Source: Pseudomonadota bacterium (GTDB lineage: Bacteria > Pseudomonadota > Gammaproteobacteria > JAKAQQ01). Taken from it: a stretch of DNA of 64,000 nt. The DNA is taken from positions 32,001-96,000 of the forward strand of contig DAHVLZ010000009.1 in NCBI GenBank assembly GCA_027320085.1, written 5' to 3'. The position numbers and the translations under genes were made by a program. Below are positions 19,481 to 28,700 of the stretch, piece by piece (within the stretch, counting starts at the first letter, position 1; the number at the start of each line of letters is the position of its first letter). Below the pieces are notes generated by a model, which was not told the origin of the DNA, did no database searches, and worked only from the letters and a program-made list of their open reading frames with translations.

Positions 19481-20676
19481 AGACCTTCCACCTCCCGGAT
19501 CTGGGCGAAGGACTCACCGAAGCGGAAATCGTCGAGTGGCACGTCCAGGTCGGTGACACGGTCACAACCGACCAGCCCCTGGTCGCCATGGAAACCGCCA
19601 AAGCCGTCGTTGACGTGCCAGCCCCGTGGAGTGGCCGCATCAGCGCACTTCACGGCAAACCCGGCGACATCATTCCCACACACGCACCCCTCGTCGATTT
19701 CGAGGGTCCGGGAGGCGAACAGCCCTCGCCGACGACCACCACCCACCCGACCGCGAAGGCGGTCTCCGCCCCTCCCCGGGAAGATCAGGGGAGCGTCGTA
19801 GGACACATGCCGGCTGCCGAGTCAGTGGTCGCCGAACAGGCCATCATCCGCAAGCGACCAGCCGAAAAGCGAACCGTCAAGGCGCTCCCCAAGGTTCGGC
19901 GCCGGGCCCGCGAGCTCGGCATCGATCTCAGGCGGGTCGCCGCGAGTGGTCGTCATGGGGAGACCACACTGGCAGATCTTGAGGCTCATCCGGCCGGTAC
20001 ACCGACAGCCGCACCGCGTGCCCCTTCCGCAAACCGGGCCTCCCAGACTGAAACCCTCAGGGGAACCCGCCGGATCATGGCACAAACCATGTCCCTGGCC
20101 CGGGATCAGGTGGCAGCCACCACCCTCTTTGATGATGCTGATCTCGAGGCCTGGCAGGGGCGTCAGGACATCACGGTCCGTGTCATTCGTGCACTGGCGA
20201 AGGCCTGCACGGCCCAACCGGCGCTTAATGCCTGGTTCAATGGGGAAACACTGGAACACACGCTTCACGGTCATCTCGATCTCGGTCTCGCCGTCGACAC
20301 GCCGGACGGACTCATTGTCCCGGTCCTTCGCGACATCGGCCGGGCCGCACCCGGGGAGATCCGTCAGGAACTCGAGCGAGTCAAGAAAAAAACGCAGGCC
20401 CGTGCCTTGGAACCGGGCGAGATGACCCACCCCACGTTCACGCTCTCGAATTTCGGCATGATCGCGGGCCGCTACGCAACCCCGGTCATCGTCCCGCCGA
20501 TGGTGGCCATCCTCGGGGTCGGCCGGCTATGCCACGACGTGGTCGCTGTCATGGGCGGAATCGCGACTCACCGGAGACTGCCCCTCTCGCTCACTTTCGA
20601 CCACCGCTGCGTGACCGGCGGCGATGCTTGCCGCTTCCTCCGGACCCTCATCGACGATCTGGCCGAACCCAGCTGA
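19477..20676 (+). CDS. Dihydrolipoamide acyltransferase E2
   Basis: Lipoyl domain LPDLGEGL..ETAKA, E3-binding region, FDHR catalytic motif. Confidence 0.92.
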   Translation: MKTFHLPDLGEGLTEAEIVEWHVQVGDTVTTDQPLVAMETAKAVVDVPAPWSGRISALHGKPGDIIPTHAPLVDFEGPGGEQPSPTTTTHPTAKAVSAPPREDQGSVVGHMPAAESVVAEQAIIRKRPAEKRTVKALPKVRRRARELGIDLRRVAASGRHGETTLADLEAHPAGTPTAAPRAPSANRASQTETLRGTRRIMAQTMSLARDQVAATTLFDDADLEAWQGRQDITVRVIRALAKACTAQPALNAWFNGETLEHTLHGHLDLGLAVDTPDGLIVPVLRDIGRAAPGEIRQELERVKKKTQARALEPGEMTHPTFTLSNFGMIAGRYATPVIVPPMVAILGVGRLCHDVVAVMGGIATHRRLPLSLTFDHRCVTGGDACRFLRTLIDDLAEPS

Positions 20677-20833
20677 CCGGCCACCGGATCCCGCACGTGT
20701 CTGGGGAGAAGGGAAACCCCTTTTATTTTAGGGGTATAGTGAGGACGTCAGGTGAACGAACCGGCCTAGACGAAGGGGGGTCGTCCATGGCAAAACCAGA
20801 TCGGGGAGAAGGCGACCACAGGAGTCCGCCACG

Positions 20834-23800
20834 ATGAGTCGTGGCGGATTGGAGCGCGTGCCCCGGAAGCGGCAGGGGCTCCAGTCACCGGCTCCTACCG
20901 AGGCTGAGTGGTCCGCCTTCAAGACGCACTGCTCGCACGTGTCCATCCCCGACCGTGATCCGGAAATTCCGGCTTCGCTGCTCCAGGCCTTTCGTCACAA
21001 GGAATGGCCGCGCTTGATCGCGGCCGACTCTCCCACAGACTGGCAACAATCGGTGGCCTCGTCTCGCCACGAATCCACAACCGAGCGGGACACGCTGTTC
21101 CAAGCCCTCCAGAACCACCTCGTCCTGAAACACCTGCTGGACCGCTCGGCCCGGCCTGATCTGACGGGGCCCGATGCCTCCCTCCTCGAATCGATCCCGG
21201 ACTGGATGCTGGCCTCGACCATTGAGAACAGCCAGCATGAGCCGCGGTTCCTGCTGTCGGAGGCAGGTTCCGCAGTCGAATCCCTGCTCAGGAATTCTGC
21301 CGCCCGGGTTGCGCACACCCTCCAAGAGCTCTGCGAGGTCGCCATCCTCCGGGACAGGCTGCAGCTGGCCTGGGTGGGGCTGCTTTCCGAAACCACCCTG
21401 TCCCTGGAGATCACCGGATGGGCCGGGGTGGCAACGAACTATCTCGATGGGATCCGGGTGGGTATCGATCCGGATAAACCCGAGGGTCGCGGGCCCATGG
21501 CACTATCCTTCCGGACCGGGAAAACCCAGGTCATCCAGGCGGCCCTCGAGGAATCCCGGTTCAGGCCCTGGAAAGAGAGAGCGGCCCGTCACGGGCTGGC
21601 CAGCGTGGCAACCTTCCCCATCCAGATCCAGGGACTCACCTTTGGTGTGTTTGCGGTTTATGCGGGAGAACCGGACTTCTTCACGAAGCCGGTCGTCCAT
21701 CCTTTCGAGCAGCTTGTCCTGGCAGCCTCCCACCGGCTCGAAACTCTGACCCAGCAGCTTTCTCTCCAGCGTCTGCTCAGCGCGTACCGGGCCGGTCACG
21801 CCATCAACGAAATCACCGCGCTCCACGTTCCGCTGCACCAGTTTTGCGAAAACGCCTGCCGCATTCTCGCCGAGTTCCTGGAGCTCGGACTGTGTTACAT
21901 CGTGGAGATCCCCCGCCCCTCCAAAGTGCCCATCATCCACACGGCCAGTGGTCCTGCCAGTGGATTCCTGGAGAATCTTGATTTCAGCCTGGATCCCGCT
22001 CACCCGGACTGCGGACTGAGCGGGTTCGTCTATGCCTCGGGCAAGTCCATCGCCATCGACCGGCTCGATAATGAACCCCGACTCGCCCGCTGGCGTGAGC
22101 GGCTAGAGGTTCATGGCCTGAACTCGGCCGCCGGCTTTCCGCTCTATCGTGGGGGGACCGGAGGGGAGCCTTGGGGCACCCTCATCCTCCTTGCTTTCGA
22201 ACCCGGCTATTTCGAAACGCCCCTGGTCTCCCACCTCGACAGCATCGCCCATGGACTCAACCTGGCCATCGAGGAGGATTTTCACCGCCAGAAGCTTTTC
22301 CGGGTGGAGCGCTTTTATGCCGCCCTGGGGGAACTGGGCAGCTATCTGGCCACGGACCCGCCGCTTTCCTCACTCCTGCAGAAAACCTGTGAACTGACCA
22401 GCAACACCACCAACCTGCCCATCGTCTACGTCACGCTGCTCGATCCGCTGACCCACAGGGTCCTTCTCGAGGCATTTGCCGGACCAGCCAGTGACCTGAT
22501 CCGGAGCGTTCCGGTCAAGATCGATCCGGCCCATCCCGAGGGTCGCGGCATTACAGGTGCTGTTTTCCGCACTTGCCGGCCCGTCATCCTGAACAACCTC
22601 GACGAAGAGCCCACGATCTGGCTGTCCGAAGAGGAACGACGCTCGGTCGCCTCGATCGCGGGATTTCCCCTGCTCGTCAACGGAGAGTGCCACGGCATTC
22701 TCGGGGTGGGTGCGCTTGTCCATGACTTCTTCGATGACGAACTCATCGGGCTGCTCGGACGGGTGGCCGACATGCTGGGAACGGCCCTCAACCATAGCTA
22801 CGAAAAAATCCAACGCAATCACTTTGAGAAGCTTTTTGGAGCACTCTCCGAACTGCACCGTCTCGTCGCCCGGCATCCCGATCCGACCCTTCTTTACCAG
22901 GAAGTCAGCCGGATCCTCGGTCGTGTCGACGGAGCCGTCGGCAACGGTATCCTGCCGGGGCCGAAGCAGGCCGCTCAGACGGCGGAGACAGTTGAGCCCC
23001 ATTTGTCGTTTCCCAAGATCTCCCCCTCCGGGAACCACCTGACGGGGTCCCTCCAGCCGTACTGCCAACACCTCGTCGCCGAGGCCACCGCCAGCCGGAC
23101 CCCGATCCTGGTCCGTCCCTCCCACTCACCCTTCCTGCCGACCGGCTTCGAGGAGGCCTTCCACGCGGAGGGAATTCGCGAAATCGGTGTTTTCCCCATC
23201 CTGCTCCGGGGACAGGCCTTTGCCGCGCTCGTGCTGCTCTCGAACGAGGATGGTTTTTTCAAATCGGACGCACTGGTCGAGCTGTGCACGCAGTTCACGG
23301 ACGCCATCACGCTCGCACTTCTGGAGTACGACCGCGAAACCGAGCTCAAGCAGATGGCCCTGATGGATACCCTGACGGGACTGCCCAACCGGAATCTTTT
23401 TTTCGACCGGCTTGACAATGCGCTCAAGCTGGCCGAACAGAACCGGTCCATGGTCGGAATCGCCATTCTTGATATCGACCATTTCAAGGAGATCAATGAC
23501 CGGTTCGGACACGATGCCGGTGATCTCCTGTTGGTCACCCAGGCCCGCCGTATGGAGGCCATCCTGAACGACCTGAGTACCGCGGCGCGGCTGGCTGGTG
23601 ACGAGTTCGGGCTGGTCCTGGCCGGGCTCGAAACGGAAGTTGCGATGACCGGCATCCTGGAACGGTTACGTTCAGAGCTTGCCGCTCCCATTGCCTATCC
23701 GGAACAGTCGCTGCACACAACCGTGAGTCTCGGACTGACCGTCTACCCCCGAGACCGCCAGCCCCCCCGGACGCTCCTGCGGCATGCGGATCTCGCCCTC

Positions 23801-25081
23801 TACCGGGCCAAATCCCGTGGCCGTAATGCTTGGGCCCTGTACGAAGAGGACTTCGAGAGACGGCTGGAACAGCAGATGGTGACCCGGCGACAGTTTCAAG
23901 AGGCTCTGGTCCAAGGCGACATCCGCCTCTATCTCCAACCCGTGATCGACCTCCGGGATGGCAGCCTAGTCAGTGCGGAAGCCTGTGCCCGATGGCCCGG
24001 ATTCAGTGAAACGTCGGAGGAAAAAGCCGACTGGCTGACCACCATCGAGGATGACCCGAGCCTCGTACCGAAGGCCGGACGCTACCTACTTGAGGCCGTC
24101 GGTCTCGAGCTCGAGACCTTGAACCGGGGGGGTCTTAGCTTTCCGGTCAGCCTGAACATCGACCTGCGCTACCTGCTCTCACCCCACTTTGAACGGGATA
24201 TCCGGGACTGGTGCTCCCGCCACGGGTCCCATGCCGGCCATCTCCTGCTGGAACTCAAACCCAGCCCCCTGCTGCCGGACTGGAACCGGCTCCCTCCCCT
24301 CATCGAGGACTTGCAGCGTCGGGGCATCCGGATTCTCTTTGACAACTTTGGTATCTGGCCCGTGGCCCTGGAAAAACTCGAACTGATGCGCACACGGGGG
24401 ATCAAGGTTGACCGTTCGCTGGTTCTCCATCTCCACGAGGATCCCCGGGCTTTGAGCCTGGTCGCGGGTGCACTGCGGAGCGGCGAGATCGGGCACTTCG
24501 AGGTGACCGCCGTCGGCGTCGAACGGGAGGATCTCGCCGAACTGTTTTATGCCTTGGGTGGCCGACTGGCCCAGGGATTCTTCGCAACCCCCGCGATCAG
24601 CAGCCAGGCGCTCGTCGAATGGAGCCGGCACTGGACCCTACCTACCCGTCTGGCCCGATCCCTGGCCCGTACCGCGGACGCGCGCCTCCTTCCCATATGG
24701 CTGAACGGGCCCTACCATCGCTGGCTCAGGGGACGGGTCACCGAGGCTCTGGAATCCTCGGGCGAGTCCGGCCGGGCCCTGTTGACCGCCCTTTCCGGCT
24801 CGGCTTGCAGTCTGGTGCCTTGGCCGGCCGGCCCGTGTTCGTCCGGGCAGCGGAAGCTCCGCTCCTGCCACGAAGACCTCCACGCCCAACTGGACCACCT
24901 GATTACCGCCCGTCTGGAAGACCGTCAGATCCGGTCACTCGGGGGGCAGCTCCTGGAACGAATGCGGGAATACGAGGTGGAACTGGATACCTTCCTGCAC
25001 ACTTCTCCGCCTCCGGGCGCTCCCCACCGCCGAGGCCGTTCCCGATCCTCCCCTAAAGCCAGCCCTGGTCAGCAAAGCTGA
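20834..25081 (+). CDS. Multi-GAF / GGDEF (AGDEF) / degenerate EAL / CZB-like c-di-GMP signalling protein
   Basis: About 4 GAF repeats; DTLTGLPNR, DIDHFKEIND.GH..GD, RLAGDEF; EAL remnants LQPVID..EACARW, DNFG, VGVE. Confidence 0.85.
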   Translation: MSRGGLERVPRKRQGLQSPAPTEAEWSAFKTHCSHVSIPDRDPEIPASLLQAFRHKEWPRLIAADSPTDWQQSVASSRHESTTERDTLFQALQNHLVLKHLLDRSARPDLTGPDASLLESIPDWMLASTIENSQHEPRFLLSEAGSAVESLLRNSAARVAHTLQELCEVAILRDRLQLAWVGLLSETTLSLEITGWAGVATNYLDGIRVGIDPDKPEGRGPMALSFRTGKTQVIQAALEESRFRPWKERAARHGLASVATFPIQIQGLTFGVFAVYAGEPDFFTKPVVHPFEQLVLAASHRLETLTQQLSLQRLLSAYRAGHAINEITALHVPLHQFCENACRILAEFLELGLCYIVEIPRPSKVPIIHTASGPASGFLENLDFSLDPAHPDCGLSGFVYASGKSIAIDRLDNEPRLARWRERLEVHGLNSAAGFPLYRGGTGGEPWGTLILLAFEPGYFETPLVSHLDSIAHGLNLAIEEDFHRQKLFRVERFYAALGELGSYLATDPPLSSLLQKTCELTSNTTNLPIVYVTLLDPLTHRVLLEAFAGPASDLIRSVPVKIDPAHPEGRGITGAVFRTCRPVILNNLDEEPTIWLSEEERRSVASIAGFPLLVNGECHGILGVGALVHDFFDDELIGLLGRVADMLGTALNHSYEKIQRNHFEKLFGALSELHRLVARHPDPTLLYQEVSRILGRVDGAVGNGILPGPKQAAQTAETVEPHLSFPKISPSGNHLTGSLQPYCQHLVAEATASRTPILVRPSHSPFLPTGFEEAFHAEGIREIGVFPILLRGQAFAALVLLSNEDGFFKSDALVELCTQFTDAITLALLEYDRETELKQMALMDTLTGLPNRNLFFDRLDNALKLAEQNRSMVGIAILDIDHFKEINDRFGHDAGDLLLVTQARRMEAILNDLSTAARLAGDEFGLVLAGLETEVAMTGILERLRSELAAPIAYPEQSLHTTVSLGLTVYPRDRQPPRTLLRHADLALYRAKSRGRNAWALYEEDFERRLEQQMVTRRQFQEALVQGDIRLYLQPVIDLRDGSLVSAEACARWPGFSETSEEKADWLTTIEDDPSLVPKAGRYLLEAVGLELETLNRGGLSFPVSLNIDLRYLLSPHFERDIRDWCSRHGSHAGHLLLELKPSPLLPDWNRLPPLIEDLQRRGIRILFDNFGIWPVALEKLELMRTRGIKVDRSLVLHLHEDPRALSLVAGALRSGEIGHFEVTAVGVEREDLAELFYALGGRLAQGFFATPAISSQALVEWSRHWTLPTRLARSLARTADARLLPIWLNGPYHRWLRGRVTEALESSGESGRALLTALSGSACSLVPWPAGPCSSGQRKLRSCHEDLHAQLDHLITARLEDRQIRSLGGQLLERMREYEVELDTFLHTSPPPGAPHRRGRSRSSPKASPGQQS

Positions 25082-25610
25082 CCCATTGTGTTCCGCCGAT
25101 CACAAAATGATCAAGTAAACGGATGTCGACCAGCGCGAGGGTCTCCTTGAGTCTTTGGGTCAGCTGTCGATCGGCCTCTGAAGGTTCAGCCAGTCCCGAA
25201 GGATGGTTGTGGGCACAGAGAATGGCCCCTGCGTTGTATCCCAAACCCTGCTTGACGATCTCCCGGGGATGGACCGCGCACTGGTTGAGGGTGCCGGCAA
25301 AGAGAACCTCGGTCGCGAGCACCCGGTAATGATGATCCAGATAAGCGACCGCAAAAACCTCGCGGCCCAGACAGGCCAGCTTCATCCGGAAATATTCGGC
25401 CCCCTGCCGCGGCGAATCCAGTGCGGACCCGCTCCGGCGGAACCGTCGTTCGAGAACATCCAAGGCCGCCACGAGCAGGGCCTCCTCCCCGCTCTGCAAA
25501 CCTGAGTATTCCCTCTTCTCCGGGGCTGCCCCCTCGTACGATTCAAAGTCGAGCACCATCTGGAGACCATCCGATCGTCGGATCGGAGCCCGGTGTTCAA
25601 AAATAGGCAT
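25053..25610 (-). CDS. radC: RadC-family JAB domain protein (short form)
   Basis: REVFAVAYLD, VHPREIVK, AHNHPSG..EPSEAD, LLDHFVIG. Confidence 0.9.
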   Translation of the reverse strand: MPIFEHRAPIRRSDGLQMVLDFESYEGAAPEKREYSGLQSGEEALLVAALDVLERRFRRSGSALDSPRQGAEYFRMKLACLGREVFAVAYLDHHYRVLATEVLFAGTLNQCAVHPREIVKQGLGYNAGAILCAHNHPSGLAEPSEADRQLTQRLKETLALVDIRLLDHFVIGGTQWVSFADQGWL

Positions 25611-25796
25611 GACCGGCGTTCCACACGGAAGTCGGCTGATCCTAAACCGGCAGGAGACCCCGACGATTCGGGAATTCGGGCAGAGGAACGCCTATTATCC
25701 AAACAGGCGGGGAGCGACCCACCGTCCAGCACAAGGCAGCCAAAACAGCTAAAATTGAATGAGATCGGTCCAACCCGGGCCATTTTCTTTGATCTT

Positions 25797-28700
25797 ATGC
25801 GCAATCACTCCCATCTTTCCACTCCCTCCGCCTTCCTGACCCGCCTTGCCAACGCCATCGAAAAAAAGTCAACGACGGAACCCGGCCCGAAAGATCTCCG
25901 GGGCGTGCTCGAACTTTATTTTCAGTCGGTCACCCCAGACGATCTTGATCTTTTCAGCCTTGAAGACTGGGTCAGCCTCTTCACGGAGCATTGGGAGTTA
26001 GGAGCCACCCGACGACCCGGTGAGACCTTGCTTCGTCTCGTCAACCTGCCGGTCCGGCGGCATGCCACTCAAGCCTACACGGTGGCCCTCACCGTCAATG
26101 ACGACATGCCCTTTCTCGTGGATTCCATGACGCTGGCCGGCCGGCAGGAAGGGCTGGGGCTCCATCTCACCGTCCACCCGGTTTTTATGACCGGGCGCAA
26201 TGCCAAAAACCGGATCGAAGGGATCTCCGGACTCGAGGCAGGATCGACGGACCCACGGGAATCCTGGATTCTCGTGGTCTTCGAACGCATCCAGGGCGAA
26301 GAACGTCTGGCCCGGCTCGAAAAACGGATCCGTGGCAACCTGTCGGACGTCCTCCGGGTCCGCCAGGACTGTGCCGCTCTCCGTGACCGGGTCGGCCTGC
26401 TGCGGGAGGAAATCATCCGCTGGAAGCCCTTTCTTCCAGAACGGGAGGTCGAGGAAGCCCGTGACTTTCTGGAATGGATGACACGGGACTGGTTCACCTT
26501 CCTGGGTTACCGGCGCTACGCCCTGCACCACGACGGTGACCAGCTCCGCCTGGAGCCGGAACGGGAGACCGGGCTTGGCATCCTGCGCACCGACGCCGAT
26601 CACACGCCGGAACCGAAAATCCTTGCCCAGCGTGCGAACGAAAAGGCCCTGGCCCAGGAATTGCTCATCATCACGAAGACGAATGCCCACTCGACGGTCC
26701 ACCGGTCCGGCCCCATCGACTACATCGGCCTTCGGCGTTTCGATGCCAAGGGCCGGGTCGCCGGAGAGGACCGGATTCTCGGCCTGTTCAGCCCCCTGGT
26801 CTTCAAATGTCCTCCCCAGGAAATCCCGGTGGTCCGCCTCAAGCGCGAGGCCGTTCTCCGACAATCGGGGCTCGCTCCCGAATCCCATGCCGGACGCCAT
26901 CTCCGGATCATCTTCGATACCCTGCCGCTCAGTGAACTCCTGGAAGCCTCGATCGACCAACTGGCCGAACTCACGCTCGGGGTCCTCCGGCTCCAGGAAC
27001 GTCACCTGACTCGCCTGTTTCTCAGGCCTGACGTGTTCGGGCGCTATCTCAGCTGCCTCATCTACCTGCCGCGGGAAAATTACACCGCACGGGCCCGCGA
27101 ACGCATTGAAAAGATCCTGAAGGAAGGACTCCAGGGTCACTCGATCGAATCCGATCTTTGGATCTCCGATTCGGTTTTGGCCCGCCTGCATGCAACCGTG
27201 CACACCGAAACGGGCCGTCTCTCCCCCAAGCGGCTCAGCAGTCTCGAGCAGGAAATCCAGGAGGCCAGTCTGAGCTGGAACGAGAAACTGAAGATCGCCC
27301 TGTCCGACCGGCTGGGTGAAGAACGGGGTCTCCCGCTGTTCGACCGCTACCGGGACAGTTTTCCCGAGGTCTACCGCGACGATGTCAAACCCCGGGCCGC
27401 CGTCTACGACCTCCTGGAAATCGAACAACTCAAACCGACCCAGGCCCTCCGGCTTTCCCTCTACCGCCCCAAACATGCGAGCCCCCATTCGCTCCGGCTC
27501 AAGATTTTCCGTCTTGACCAGTCGTTGGCCATTTCCGACACACTGCCCATCCTGGAAAGTACGGGGTTTCGGGTCGTTTCGGAACGGCCCTACGAGGTTC
27601 CAGCCCCCAATATCGGCCGTGTCTGGATCCACGATTTCGAACTTGAACTGCCCGGACCGACTGACCGGGCATTGGAACGGCGCGAGGCCCTCGAGGATCT
27701 CTTCCTCGCTATCTGGAACGGACTTGCCGCAAATGACAGTTTCAACCGCCTAGCCATCAACGCCGAACTGTCGTGGCGCGAGATCATGCTTCTCCGGAGC
27801 ATCTCGAAGTATCTCATCCAGACCGGAATCCCTTTCACACCCGCCAACATGGCCCGTGCACTGACCAGCCATCCCGCCATCACCCAGCTCCTCGTCCGGT
27901 GGTTTCACGCCCGCTTCGATCCCTACCGGGATCCGGCAGACCGTGACCCGGAAGCGGCCGCCTGCCTTGAATCCCTCAAGGCGGAACTCGAAAACGTGGA
28001 GTCGAGCGATGACGACCGGATTTTGCGTGCCTACCTCGGCGTACTGGGCGCCATGGTCCGGACCAGCTTTTTCCAGCGGCCCCTCAGGGACCCTGAAGGC
28101 TACCGCTTTCTCAGTTACAAGCTGGACTCCAGCCGCGTTCCGGACCTGCCGTTACCGCGCCCGCTATACGAGATTTTCGTCTACGCCCCGCAGGTGGAAG
28201 GCATTCATCTGCGGGGAGGCCGCATTGCGCGCGGTGGCATCCGCTGGTCGGACCGGAGCGAGGATTTCCGTACCGAGGTACTGGGCCTGATGAAGGCCCA
28301 GATGGTCAAAAACACGGTCATCGTTCCAGTCGGCGCCAAGGGGGGGTTCTACATCAAACAACCGCCCAAGGACGGTAACCGGGACCGGCTCCTCGAAGAG
28401 GCCCAGCGCTGCTACCGGACCTTCATCCAGGGACTCTTGTCCTTGACCGACAACATCGTTGCCGGACAGATCCAGCCGCCCAAACGGGTGGTCCGCTACG
28501 ACGAGGATGATCCCTACCTGGTCGTGGCTGCCGACAAGGGAACCGCAACCTTCTCCGACTTGGCCAACGCCATCGCCGCAGATTTCCATTTCTGGCTGGG
28601 TGATGCCTTTGCCTCCGGTGGATCGGTCGGCTATGACCACAAGAAGATGGGAATCACCGCCCGTGGCGTATGGGAATCCGTCCGCCGTCACTTCCGGGAG

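Noticed and set aside
20590-20630. E2 motif DHRCVTG instead of DHRxxDG as a sign of inactivity
   Set aside because: Catalytic His is retained, and as I recall the Thr variant is common in this gammaproteobacterial E2 subfamily
20677-20833. Possible c-di-GMP-I riboswitch upstream of the GGDEF gene
   Set aside because: GGCAAAACC is present but the GAAA tetraloop stem and GACGCAAAGC receptor are absent
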